Sequence record: PQ536907.1
Strand: one strand, 5' to 3'
DNA from: a phage
DNA length: 64,000 nt
Shown in pieces: positions 23,544 to 32,920 of this stretch (the first letter of the stretch is position 1; each line of letters opens with the position of its first letter). A model generated the notes under the pieces. That model did not search any database and was not told where the DNA came from. It saw only the letters and a program-made list of their open reading frames with translations. The position numbers and the translations under genes are program-made.

Positions 23544-23771
23544 TTATTGTTCAATCAGTCCCATGTAAAATTCTGCGTCTTCAGAATCCATACCATCACA
23601 ATATTCATTAGCCATAAAGCGGGTGAGGTCTTCAAGAGGACCTTCAATAACGATTTGAATACTCCAAAACTTAGAATCTTGCACGCTTGTGATACTAAGT
23701 TCAGGATAACGATTACGAATAATTTCTTCGATATATTCAAAATCAACGATGTCAATATCAACTTTAGCCAT
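23544..23771 (-). CDS. hypothetical protein (75 aa, [13 protein letters not shown]...)
   Basis: ORF-track start is a TTG inside the promoter; ATG at 23771 with SD AAAGAGGA is preferred. Confidence 0.5.
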   Translation of the reverse strand: MAKVDIDIVDFEYIEEIIRNRYPELSITSVQDSKFWSIQIVIEGPLEDLTRFMANEYCDGMDSEDAEFYMGLIEQ

Positions 23772-23809
23772 ATTATTTTCCTCTTTAATCATCAGCAGTA
23801 TTGCCGATA

Positions 23810-23895
23810 GTTGTATAGTACCATGGAAGGACAAGGATGTAAACCGTTTTGTGAAAAAATTTTTGAAATAAAAAAGGGGACCCTAGAGGTCCCCA
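23810..23895 (-). promoter_or_regulatory. PeSL-like cassette: gene 32 terminator stem-loop followed by early promoter (-35 GTTTACA, -10 TACTAT)
   Basis: Hairpin ggggacc-ctaga-ggtcccc (23876-23894) plus T-run on minus strand; GTTTACA 23838-23844; 17-nt spacer; TACTAT 23815-23820; A/T-rich block between. Confidence 0.6.
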
Positions 23896-23916
23896 ATTAA
23901 TTAGTAATATAATCTA

Positions 23917-24825
23917 TTAAAGGTCATTCAAAAGGTCATCTAGGTCCGTGTCATCAGCACTAGATGAACTGCCAGAGCTTGAGCTCATAAAATCATCTTC
24001 AGTTTTTGTATTGAAGTCATCAACATTGAATGCATCCAAATCATCAGCAACTTTATCAGCTTTCTTAGCAGCAGTTGCAGCGGCACCGCCCATCACAGCA
24101 GTTCCCATGACTTGACCGAATTTAGTGCTCAGTTCTTCAAACGATTTGAATTTATCTTTAGAAGTCATTTCAGAAAGGTCAACCATTTGTTCGAACAGTT
24201 CTTTCTGGAAAGATTCATCGTCAATGTTTGGAATCGCAGATTGATTTAGGAATTTAGATTCATCGTAGTTACTAAATCCAGAAACCTGTTTAACTTTCAG
24301 TACAAAGTTAGCACCTTCCCACGGACAAGTTACATCAACTGGAGTTTCACCCATTTCAACATCAACCGCAATCATCGCGTTGATTTTATCCCAGATTTTC
24401 TTACCGAAACGATATTTAAATACTTTACCTTCATTTTCTGGAGCAGCTGGGTCTTTTACAACAAGAATGTTAGCCCAGTAAGAAGTTTTACGTTTAACAA
24501 GACTGTACTCTTTATTGTCAGTGTTGTACAGATCATTTTTACTGATGTACTGACATACTGGGCAAGAATCGTAATCACCGTGGGTAGATGAACAGTTTTC
24601 AATATACCATTTACCATTTTTCTTGAAACCGTGATTTACAAGAATTGCGAATGGTGCTTGTTCATCATTTTTAGACGGAAGAAAACGAATTACTGCTTGA
24701 CCGTTACCCGCATTGTCGAGTTTCAGTTTCCACTCGCCTTTATCTTCAGAAGAAAAACCACCTTTATTTCCAGCCAGTTTAGCCATTTGTGCAGCGAGTT
24801 CAGCAGTAGATTTACGTTTAAACAT
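23917..24825 (-). CDS. 32: gp32 single-stranded DNA-binding protein
   Basis: 302 aa, [17 protein letters not shown]...; acidic Ser/Asp-rich C-terminal tail; matches recalled T4 gp32. Confidence 0.95.
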   Translation of the reverse strand: MFKRKSTAELAAQMAKLAGNKGGFSSEDKGEWKLKLDNAGNGQAVIRFLPSKNDEQAPFAILVNHGFKKNGKWYIENCSSTHGDYDSCPVCQYISKNDLYNTDNKEYSLVKRKTSYWANILVVKDPAAPENEGKVFKYRFGKKIWDKINAMIAVDVEMGETPVDVTCPWEGANFVLKVKQVSGFSNYDESKFLNQSAIPNIDDESFQKELFEQMVDLSEMTSKDKFKSFEELSTKFGQVMGTAVMGGAAATAAKKADKVADDLDAFNVDDFNTKTEDDFMSSSSGSSSSADDTDLDDLLNDL

Positions 24826-24916
24826 TTTTATTTCCTTTTTAATTTAATTAACAGTTGGTGCTATGACGATGTATGACCTCATAGCTGGTCAGTGAGATAA
24901 TTATAATCTATTTATA
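24826..24916 (-). promoter_or_regulatory. Gene 32 5' leader: AU-rich autoregulatory operator, candidate pseudoknot, and late promoter TATAAATA
   Basis: Minus-strand leader ...ctcactgaccagctatgaggtcatacatcgtcatagcaccaactgttaattaaattaaaaaggaaataaaaATG; TATAAATAG at 24909-24916. Confidence 0.55.
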
Positions 24917-24924
24917 ATAAGCAA

Positions 24925-25578
24925 TTAATACTTGCAAGATTTCACAGTTTCAATAAAAACTTTTTTAGCTTCCTGTGAATCAATATTTAAAATTTTTCTA
25001 TAAGCCTTTAACTTTATAGAATAATTATTCCAGACTAAATTATCAGTCTGTTCATCATGTTTATCAATTATATTTAAAAACGAATCAAGCAAGATAAACG
25101 TTTCAAACGAAATTATGTTCGATTGCAGAAGTTTAAAAATATAACTTGACTGAACCTTTGGATTATATTCAAAGATTTCTTTAAAAGCAGAAACTTCAAC
25201 TTTTTTACTAAAATAATAAATGTTGCGAATATCTTCTTCAAACTTAAATTTAATTTGCTTTAAGCGTCCGATATATTCACGATAAAACACAAGTGCATCA
25301 GCGTCAGAGATGTCACCAATCCAAGCATCTTGGTTAGCAACCAAATTACTTATAAAGATTAAAGCAAGTTCCTTTAATTTATATTTTTCTGATAACTTCT
25401 GGAAAAAATACTTATCCCTTCGCTTTTGATAAGCGGCATCAGACACCCGCATGCACCAATTATACTTAATTACATCATACTTTCCATTCATATGCTGTTT
25501 TATCATTAAGTATAATTTATAAACTGATTTACCATCAATATATCTTTCACCACCAGCAGGCATGCGGAGTTTAATCAT
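24925..25578 (-). CDS. 59: gp59 helicase loader
   Basis: 217 aa; position between 32 and 33; matches recalled T4 gp59. Confidence 0.9.
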   Translation of the reverse strand: MIKLRMPAGGERYIDGKSVYKLYLMIKQHMNGKYDVIKYNWCMRVSDAAYQKRRDKYFFQKLSEKYKLKELALIFISNLVANQDAWIGDISDADALVFYREYIGRLKQIKFKFEEDIRNIYYFSKKVEVSAFKEIFEYNPKVQSSYIFKLLQSNIISFETFILLDSFLNIIDKHDEQTDNLVWNNYSIKLKAYRKILNIDSQEAKKVFIETVKSCKY

Positions 25579-25913
25579 AGCAGAAAGTCTAACGTATTCG
25601 TTTTTTCACATCTAACAACAGAAGGGCGTAAAAGATTTTCGTCAATAGCTTCTGACTGAATTTTTTCAATTATACCCGAAGGAATAAATTTAGCAAATTG
25701 AGTTTCAGGAATAGAGTTTTCTTCCAAGAATGCTGTCGTAGCTTCAAGATAACTCATTCCAAATTCTTCTACCATTTTTTCAATAATAAATCCATTTTCT
25801 TGGCGGTCAAGAAGCTTTGCAATTTCATCCTTTTCTTTCTTAATTGAAAGTTCTTTTTCTGAAAGCCCGGCCTCATCGACCGGGCGAATATCATTTAGAG
25901 AAAACTGTGTCAT
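25575..25913 (-). CDS. 33: gp33 late transcription co-activator
   Basis: 112 aa from MTQFSLNDIRPVDE... Confidence 0.85.
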   Translation of the reverse strand: MTQFSLNDIRPVDEAGLSEKELSIKKEKDEIAKLLDRQENGFIIEKMVEEFGMSYLEATTAFLEENSIPETQFAKFIPSGIIEKIQSEAIDENLLRPSVVRCEKTNTLDFLL

Positions 25914-26160
25914 AAAGTTCAACTACCTCTTCGGTTTCAGCTTCAAACACATCACGGTTATCTTTATGATATAGAGCCAAAAGACGATTAAACATCTTGC
26001 CATCAACACCAAGTTCATCTTTGGCACGAATTCGAATATCTTTAATCAATTCATTATAACCAGAAATTTTCAGTTTATGATCAGATGCTTCTTTAATAAA
26101 TTTAGCCAAATCTTCGCCATGGATAGCTTCATCAAATTCAACCATTTCTTTTTTAGCCAT
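25891..26160 (-). CDS. dsbA: DsbA double-stranded DNA-binding protein
   Basis: 89 aa; position between rnh and 33. Confidence 0.8.
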   Translation of the reverse strand: MAKKEMVEFDEAIHGEDLAKFIKEASDHKLKISGYNELIKDIRIRAKDELGVDGKMFNRLLALYHKDNRDVFEAETEEVVELYDTVFSK

Positions 26161-26168
26161 TATTCACC

Positions 26169-27086
26169 TCAAAATTCATTAATGCTATTAGTTAATTTAG
26201 AAAGACCCGCTTTTACAAAATATGAATAAATTTTGCCACGCGGTGGTAATTTATATGAATTATAGTAATTCACAATGTTTGAAGCAATATTATCAGGAAT
26301 ATAATCAAAATCAATTAGAACTAGATTTTCTTTATAACGATTATATTCAGATTCTGTGAGAAGCACCTTAGCTTGCTCACGGTCATTAGCAATAGCTTCA
26401 ACGATTGAAGTTTTCATTGAAGGAGTTCGTTCACCTTCAACTTTGGTAAACCAAAAGTCAGATCGTACTTTAACTGAAGCAACGTTATCCTTTTTGTCGC
26501 CTTTAAGGATTTTAGTCATACAGTCAATTTCAGCAGAACCGCTTTTAATTTTAACCCATTTCTTGTGCATCGGTGACCATTGCTTAACATTTGGGTATTT
26601 GTGAAGCTGTGTAAAGTCACCATCCGACGAAATGATTAAAATCTTATGTCCTTCTAAAGAGAACTTTTTAACAAGAACAGCAATGTGGTCATCTGCTTCA
26701 TACTTATCAATATCCATAACAATGTATGGCATATAAGCTTTCAATTCATCTATAACTTTATGACTGGATTCAAAATAACCTTCCCAGTCCCAAGTCGATT
26801 CTTCTCGTGCTTTTCCACGGTTTTTCTTATAATAATAAGCGAAATCACGACGCCAGTATCCAGATTTCGCGTTATCAATACACAGTACAATTTTAGTGTA
26901 TCCAAGCGTTTTTGCTTTTTTGACATTAAACTTAATTGAGTTCAATATCAAATGACGAACCATTGATAAATTAATTTTTTCTTTATCTGGGAAGTTTACT
27001 AAAGCAGTTGAAAGCGCAATTTGACTAAAGTCAATAAAGCAAATTCCTTCTTTGTAATCTTCATCCAGCATCATTTCTAAATCCAT
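26169..27086 (-). CDS. rnh: RNase H (5'-3' exonuclease, FEN-1 family)
   Basis: 305 aa from MDLEMMLDEDYKEG...; matches recalled T4 RNase H. Confidence 0.9.
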   Translation of the reverse strand: MDLEMMLDEDYKEGICFIDFSQIALSTALVNFPDKEKINLSMVRHLILNSIKFNVKKAKTLGYTKIVLCIDNAKSGYWRRDFAYYYKKNRGKAREESTWDWEGYFESSHKVIDELKAYMPYIVMDIDKYEADDHIAVLVKKFSLEGHKILIISSDGDFTQLHKYPNVKQWSPMHKKWVKIKSGSAEIDCMTKILKGDKKDNVASVKVRSDFWFTKVEGERTPSMKTSIVEAIANDREQAKVLLTESEYNRYKENLVLIDFDYIPDNIASNIVNYYNSYKLPPRGKIYSYFVKAGLSKLTNSINEF

Positions 27087-27115
27087 ATGAACCTCGTTCA
27101 ATTAGTGAGATTTCT

Positions 27116-27156
27116 ATTATATACCATCCAAATCTTAAAGTAAACAAGTATAAATA
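27116..27156. promoter_or_regulatory. Back-to-back divergent promoters: rnh early promoter (minus) and gene 34 late promoter TATAAATA (plus)
   Basis: Minus strand GTTTAC (27140-27145), 16-nt spacer, TATATAAT (27116-27123); plus strand TATAAATA at 27149-27156, 35 nt before the gene 34 ATG. Confidence 0.55.
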
Positions 27157-27190
27157 CTTATTATTGAAAACACAATAGGAGCCCGGGAGA

Positions 27191-30100
27191 ATGGCCGAGA
27201 TTAAAAGAAAGTTCAGAGCAGAAGACGGTCTGGACGCAGGTGGTGATAAAATAATCAACGTAGCTTTAGCTGATCGTACCGTAGGAACTGACGGTGTTAA
27301 CGTTGATTACTTAATTCAAGAAAACACAGTTCAACAATACGATCCAACTCGTGGATATTTAAAAGATTTTGTAATCATTTATGATAACCGCTTTTGGGCT
27401 GCTATAAATGATATTCCAAAACCGGCAGGAGCTTTTAATAGCGGACGCTGGAGAGCATTACGTACCGATGCTAACTGGATTACGGTTTCATCTGGTTCAT
27501 ATCAATTAAAATCTGGTGAAGCTATTTCGGTTAACACCGCAGCTGGTAATGATATTACATTTACTTTACCATCTACCCCAATTGATGGTGATACTATCGT
27601 TCTCCAAGATATTGGAGGAAAACCTGGAGTTAACCAAGTTTTAATTGTAGCTCCGGTGCAAAGTATTGTAAACTTCAGAGGTCAACAAGTACGTTCAGTA
27701 CTAATGACTCATCCAAAATCGCAGATAGTTTTAATTTTTAGTAATCGTCTGTGGCAAATGTATGTTGCTGATTATAGTAGAGAAGCTGTAGTTGTAACAC
27801 CAGCAAGTCTCTATCAGGCGCAATCTAATGATTTTATCGTACGTAGATTTACTTCTGCTGCACCAATTAATGTTAAACTTCCAAGATTTGCTAATCATGG
27901 CGATATTATTAATTTCGTTGATTTAGATAAACTGAATCCACTTTATCATACAATTGTTACTACATACGATGAAACGACTTCAGTACAAGAAGTTGGAACT
28001 CATTCCATTGAAGGCCGTACATCAATTGACGGTTTCTTGATGTTTGATGATAATGAGAAATTGTGGAGATTGTTTGACGGGGATAGTAAAGCACGTTTAC
28101 GCATTATAACGACTAATTCTAATATTCGTCCAAACGAAGAAGTCATGGTATTTGGTGCGAATAACGGAACAACTCAAACAATTGAGCTTCAGCTTCCAAC
28201 TAATATTTCTGTTGGTGATACTGTTAAAATTTCCATGAATTACATGAGAAAAGGACAAACAGTTAAAATCAAAGCTGCGGGCGAAGATAAAATTGCTTCT
28301 TCAGTTCAATTACTGCAATTCCCAAAACGCTCAGAATATCCACCTGAAGCTGAATGGGTTACAGTTCAAGAATTAGTTTTTAACGGTGAAACTAATTATG
28401 TTCCAGTTTTACAACTTGCTTATATAGAAGATTCTGATGGAAAATACTGGGTTGTACAGCAAAACGTTCCAACTGTAGAAAGAGTTGATTCTTTAAATGA
28501 TTCTACTAGAGCAAGATTAGGCGTAATTGCTTTAGCTACACAAGCTCAAGCTAATGTCGATTTAGAAAATTCTCCACAAAAAGAATTAGCAATTACTCCA
28601 GAAACATTAGCTAACCGTACTGCTACTGAAACTCGCAGAGGTATTGCAAGAATAGCAACTACTGCTCAAGTGAATCAGAACACCACATTCTCTTTTGCAG
28701 ATGACCTTATCATTACTCCTAAAAAGCTGAATGAAAGAACTGCTACAGAAACTCGTAGAGGTGTTGCTGAAATTGCTACGCAGCAAGAAACTAATGCAGG
28801 AACCGATGATACTACAATCATCACTCCTAAAAAGCTTCAAGCTCGCCAAGGTTCTGAATCATTATCTGGTATTGTAACTTTTGTATCTACTGCAGGTGCT
28901 ACTCCGGCTTCTAGCCGCGAATTAAATGGTACCAACGTTTATAATAAAAACACTAATAATTTAGTTGTTTCACCTAAAGCTTTGGATCAGTATAAAGCTA
29001 CTCCAACGCAACAAGGTGCAGTAATTTTAGCAGTTGAAAGTGAAGTAATTGCTGGACAGAGTCAAGAAGGATGGGCAAATGCTGTTGTAACGCCAGAAAC
29101 GTTACATAAAAAGACATCAACTGATGGAAGAATTGGTTTAATTGAAATTGCTACGCAAAGTGAAGTTAATACAGGAACTGATTATACTCGTGCAGTCACT
29201 CCTAAAACTTTAAATGACCGTAGAGCAACTGAAAGTTTAAGTGGTATAGCTGAAATTGCTACACAAATTGAATTCGACGCAGGCGTCGACGATACTCGTA
29301 TCTCTACACCATTAAAAATTAAAACCAGATTTAATAGTACTGATCGTACTTCTGTTGTTGCTCTATCTGGATTAGTTGAATCAGGAACTCTCTGGGACCA
29401 TTATACCCTTAATATTCTTGAAGCAAATGAGACACAGCGTGGTACACTTCGTGTAGCTACACAGGTCGAAGCTGCTGCAGGAACATTAGATAATGTTTTA
29501 ATAACTCCTAAAAAGCTTTTAGGTACTAAATCTACCGAATCACAGGAAGGTGTTATTAAAGTTGCAACTCAGTCTGAAACTGTGACTGGAACGTCAGCAA
29601 ATACTGCTGTATCTCCAAAAAATTTAAAATGGATTGTGCAGAGTGAACCTACCTGGGCAGCTACTACTGCGATAAGAGGTTTTGTTAAAACTTCATCTGG
29701 TTCAATTACATTCGTTGGTAATGATACAGTCGGTTCTACCCAAGATTTAGAACTGTATGAGAAAAATAGCTATGCAGTATCACCATATGAATTAAACCGT
29801 GTATTAGCAAATTATTTGCCGTTAAAAGCAAAAGCTGTAGATAGTAATTTATTGGATGGTCTAGATTCATCTCAGTTCATTCGTAGGGATATTGCACAGA
29901 CGGTTAATGGTTCACTAACCTTAACCCAACAAACGAATCTGAGTGCCCCTCTTGTATCATCTAGTACTGCTGCGTTTGGTGGTTCAGTTTCGGCAAATAG
30001 TACATTAACTATTTCTAATACTGGAACGGCAACTCGTCTGATTTTTGAGAAAGGACCTCAAACTGGAACTAACCCAGCACAGACGATGACTATTAGAGTT

Positions 30101-31060
30101 TGGGGAAATCAGTTTGGCGGCGGTTCAGATACAACACGTTCTACTGTATTTGAAGTTGGTGATGAAACGTCTAGTCATTTTTATTCCCAGCGCAATAAAG
30201 CTGGAAATATAACATTTAATATCAACGGTACAGTAACACCGATAAATGTGAATGCTTCAGGCACATTGACTGCGAATGGTGTAGCAACATTCGGTAGTTC
30301 AGTCACAGCAACTGGTGAAATTATATCTCGAAACGCAAATGCTTTCCGTGCTATTAACGGAAATTATGGTTTCATTGTTCGCAATGATGGGTCAGTAACG
30401 AATTTTATGCTTACTGCATCTGGTGATCAGACCGGTGGATTTAATGGATTACGTCCATTATCAATTAATAATCAATCCGGTCAAGTCACAATTGGTGAAA
30501 GCTTAATCATTGCCAAAGGTGCTACTATAAATTCAGGTGGTTTGACTGTTAACTCGAGAATTCGTTCTCAGGGTACTAAAACATCTGATTTATATACCCG
30601 TGCGCCAACATCTGATACTGTAGGATTCTGGTCAATCGATATTAACGATTCAGCCACTTATAACCAGTTCCCAGGTTATTTTAAAATGGTTGAAAAAACT
30701 AATGAAGTGACTGGGCTTCCATACTTAGAACGTGGCGAAGAAGTTAAATCTCCTGGTACACTGACTCAGTTTGGTAACACACTTGATTCGCTTTACCAAG
30801 ATTGGATTACTTATCCAACGACACCAGAAGCGCGTACCACTCGTTGGACACGTACATGGCAGAAAACCAAAAACTCTTGGTCAAGTTTTGTTCAGGTATT
30901 TGACGGAGGTAACCCTCCTCAGCCGTCTGATATCGGTGCTTTACCATCTGATAATGCTACAATGGGGAATCTTACTATTCGTGATTTCTTACGAATTGGT
31001 AATGTTCGCATTATTCCTGACCCAGTGAATAAAACGGTTAAATTTGAATGGGTTGAATAA
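27191..31060 (+). CDS. 34: gp34 long tail fibre proximal subunit
   Basis: 1289 aa; matches recalled T4 gp34; internal ~38-aa tandem repeats. Confidence 0.95.
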   Translation: MAEIKRKFRAEDGLDAGGDKIINVALADRTVGTDGVNVDYLIQENTVQQYDPTRGYLKDFVIIYDNRFWAAINDIPKPAGAFNSGRWRALRTDANWITVSSGSYQLKSGEAISVNTAAGNDITFTLPSTPIDGDTIVLQDIGGKPGVNQVLIVAPVQSIVNFRGQQVRSVLMTHPKSQIVLIFSNRLWQMYVADYSREAVVVTPASLYQAQSNDFIVRRFTSAAPINVKLPRFANHGDIINFVDLDKLNPLYHTIVTTYDETTSVQEVGTHSIEGRTSIDGFLMFDDNEKLWRLFDGDSKARLRIITTNSNIRPNEEVMVFGANNGTTQTIELQLPTNISVGDTVKISMNYMRKGQTVKIKAAGEDKIASSVQLLQFPKRSEYPPEAEWVTVQELVFNGETNYVPVLQLAYIEDSDGKYWVVQQNVPTVERVDSLNDSTRARLGVIALATQAQANVDLENSPQKELAITPETLANRTATETRRGIARIATTAQVNQNTTFSFADDLIITPKKLNERTATETRRGVAEIATQQETNAGTDDTTIITPKKLQARQGSESLSGIVTFVSTAGATPASSRELNGTNVYNKNTNNLVVSPKALDQYKATPTQQGAVILAVESEVIAGQSQEGWANAVVTPETLHKKTSTDGRIGLIEIATQSEVNTGTDYTRAVTPKTLNDRRATESLSGIAEIATQIEFDAGVDDTRISTPLKIKTRFNSTDRTSVVALSGLVESGTLWDHYTLNILEANETQRGTLRVATQVEAAAGTLDNVLITPKKLLGTKSTESQEGVIKVATQSETVTGTSANTAVSPKNLKWIVQSEPTWAATTAIRGFVKTSSGSITFVGNDTVGSTQDLELYEKNSYAVSPYELNRVLANYLPLKAKAVDSNLLDGLDSSQFIRRDIAQTVNGSLTLTQQTNLSAPLVSSSTAAFGGSVSANSTLTISNTGTATRLIFEKGPQTGTNPAQTMTIRVWGNQFGGGSDTTRSTVFEVGDETSSHFYSQRNKAGNITFNINGTVTPINVNASGTLTANGVATFGSSVTATGEIISRNANAFRAINGNYGFIVRNDGSVTNFMLTASGDQTGGFNGLRPLSINNQSGQVTIGESLIIAKGATINSGGLTVNSRIRSQGTKTSDLYTRAPTSDTVGFWSIDINDSATYNQFPGYFKMVEKTNEVTGLPYLERGEEVKSPGTLTQFGNTLDSLYQDWITYPTTPEARTTRWTRTWQKTKNSWSSFVQVFDGGNPPQPSDIGALPSDNATMGNLTIRDFLRIGNVRIIPDPVNKTVKFEWVE
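28590..29630 (+). repeat. Tandem ~38-aa coding repeats within gp34 (TPKKL..R.ATE...G...IATQ.E...GTD.T.I)
   Basis: About eight consecutive repeat units visible in the translation. Confidence 0.6.
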
Positions 31061-31068
31061 GAGGTATT

Positions 31069-32184
31069 ATGGAAAAATTTATGGCAGAGTTTGGACAAGG
31101 ATATGTCCAAACGCCATTTTTATCGGAAAGTAATTCAGTAAGATACAAAATAAGTATAGCGGGTTCTTGCCCGCTTTCTACAGCAGGACCATACGTTAAA
31201 TTTCAGGATAATCCTGTAGGAAGTCAAACATTTAGCGCAGGCCTTCATTTAAGAGTTTTTGACCCTTCCACAGGAGCATTAGTTGATAGTAAGTCATATG
31301 CTTTTTCGACTTCAAATGATACTACATCAGCTGCTTTTGTTAGTTTCATGAATTCTTTGACGAATAATCGAATTGTTGCTATATTAACTAACGGAAAGGT
31401 TAATTTTCCTCCTGAAGTAGTATCTTGGTTAAGAACCGCCGGAACGTCTGCCTTTCCATCTGATTCTATATTGTCAAGATTTGACGTATCATATGCTGCT
31501 TTTTACACTTCTTCTAAACGAGCTATTGCATTAGAACATGTTAAACTGAGTAATAGAAAAAGCACAGATGATTATCAAACTATTTTAGATGTTGTATTTG
31601 ACAGTTTAGAAGATGTCGGAGCTACCGGGTTTCCAAGAAGAACGTATGAAAGCGTTGAGCAATTTATGTCAGCGGTTGGTGGAACTAATAACGAAATTGT
31701 GAGATTGCCAACTTCAGCTGCTATAAGTAAACTCTCTGATTATAATTTAATTCCTGGTGATGTTCTTTATCTTAAAGCACAGCTATATGCTGATGCTGAT
31801 TTACTTGCACTTGGAACTACAAATATATCTATCCGTTTTTATAATGCATCTAATGGATATATTTCCTCGACACAAGCTGAGTTTACTGGGCAAGCTGGGT
31901 CATGGGAATTAAAGGAAGATTATGTAGTTGTTCCAGAAAACGCAGTAGGATTTACGATATATGCACAAAGAACTGCACAAGCTGGCCAAGGCGGCATGAG
32001 AAATTTAAGCTTTTCTGAAGTATCAAGAAACGGCGGCATTTCGAAACCTGCTGAATTTGGCGTCAATGGTATTCGTGTTAATTATATCTGTGAATCCGCT
32101 TCACCTCCGGATATAATGGTACTTCCTACGCAAGCATCGTCTAAAACTGGTAAAGTGTTTGGACAAGAATTTAGAGAAGTTTAA
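31069..32184 (+). CDS. 35: gp35 long tail fibre hinge protein
   Basis: 371 aa; SD GAGG 8 nt upstream; translationally coupled to 34. Confidence 0.9.
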   Translation: MEKFMAEFGQGYVQTPFLSESNSVRYKISIAGSCPLSTAGPYVKFQDNPVGSQTFSAGLHLRVFDPSTGALVDSKSYAFSTSNDTTSAAFVSFMNSLTNNRIVAILTNGKVNFPPEVVSWLRTAGTSAFPSDSILSRFDVSYAAFYTSSKRAIALEHVKLSNRKSTDDYQTILDVVFDSLEDVGATGFPRRTYESVEQFMSAVGGTNNEIVRLPTSAAISKLSDYNLIPGDVLYLKAQLYADADLLALGTTNISIRFYNASNGYISSTQAEFTGQAGSWELKEDYVVVPENAVGFTIYAQRTAQAGQGGMRNLSFSEVSRNGGISKPAEFGVNGIRVNYICESASPPDIMVLPTQASSKTGKVFGQEFREV

Positions 32185-32189
32185 ATTGA

Positions 32190-32213
32190 GGGAGCCTTCG
32201 GGTTCCCTTTTTC
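32190..32213 (+). terminator. Rho-independent terminator after gene 35
   Basis: Hairpin gggagcc-ttcg-ggttccc followed by TTTTTCTTT. Confidence 0.6.
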
Positions 32214-32215
32214 TT

Positions 32216-32223
32216 TATAAATA
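32216..32223 (+). promoter_or_regulatory. T4 late promoter TATAAATACTATT for gene 36
   Basis: Exact TATAAATA 24 nt upstream of the gene 36 ATG. Confidence 0.7.
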
Positions 32224-32246
32224 CTATTAAAATAAAGGGGCATACA

Positions 32247-32912
32247 ATGGCTGATTTAAAAGTAGGTTCAACAACCGGAGGCTCTGTCATTTGGCATCAA
32301 GGAAATTTTCCATTGAATCCAGCCGGTGACGATGTACTCTATAAATCATTTAAAATATATTCAGAATATAATAAACCACAAGCTGCTGATAACGATTTCG
32401 TTTCTAAAGCTAATGGTGGTACTTATGCATCAAAGGTAACATTTAACGGCGGTGTTCAAATACCATATGCTATAAACAATACAAATCAATCTGGTATTTA
32501 TCCTGGTAATGGAGATGCAGCTACTTTTGCTACAGCAAATATTGATATTGTTTCATGGTATGGTATTGGTTTTAAATCATCACAGGGTTCAGCAGCCAGA
32601 ACTGTAGTAATCAATACACGTAATGGTGATATTAGTACAAAAGGTGTTGTATCCGCTGCAGGTCAAGTAAGAAGTGATATGCCGACGCCAATTGCGGCGA
32701 ATGACCTTACTAGAAAGGACTATGTTGATGGAGCAATAAATACTGTTACAGCAAATGCGAACTCTAGAGTGTTGCGTTCTGGCGACACTATGACAGGTAA
32801 TTTAACCGCGCCAAACTTTTTCTCGCAGAATCCCGCATCTCAACCTTCACATGTTCCACGATTTGACCAAATCGTAATTAAGGATTCTGTTCAAGATTTC
32901 GGCTATTATTAA
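32247..32912 (+). CDS. 36: gp36 long tail fibre distal connector
   Basis: 221 aa; position between 35 and 37. Confidence 0.9.
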   Translation: MADLKVGSTTGGSVIWHQGNFPLNPAGDDVLYKSFKIYSEYNKPQAADNDFVSKANGGTYASKVTFNGGVQIPYAINNTNQSGIYPGNGDAATFATANIDIVSWYGIGFKSSQGSAARTVVINTRNGDISTKGVVSAAGQVRSDMPTPIAANDLTRKDYVDGAINTVTANANSRVLRSGDTMTGNLTAPNFFSQNPASQPSHVPRFDQIVIKDSVQDFGYY

Positions 32913-32920
32913 GAGGACTT

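Noticed and set aside
23544-23834. Full-length 96-aa version of the ORF given in the track
   Set aside because: Its first codon is a TTG inside the -35 element of the promoter at 23838-23844; the internal ATG at 23771 with a good SD is the more plausible start.
28607-28849. Minus-strand 80-aa ORF inside gene 34
   Set aside because: Antisense to the tail-fibre gene within its repeat region; Cys/Ser-rich low-complexity translation typical of an antisense artefact.
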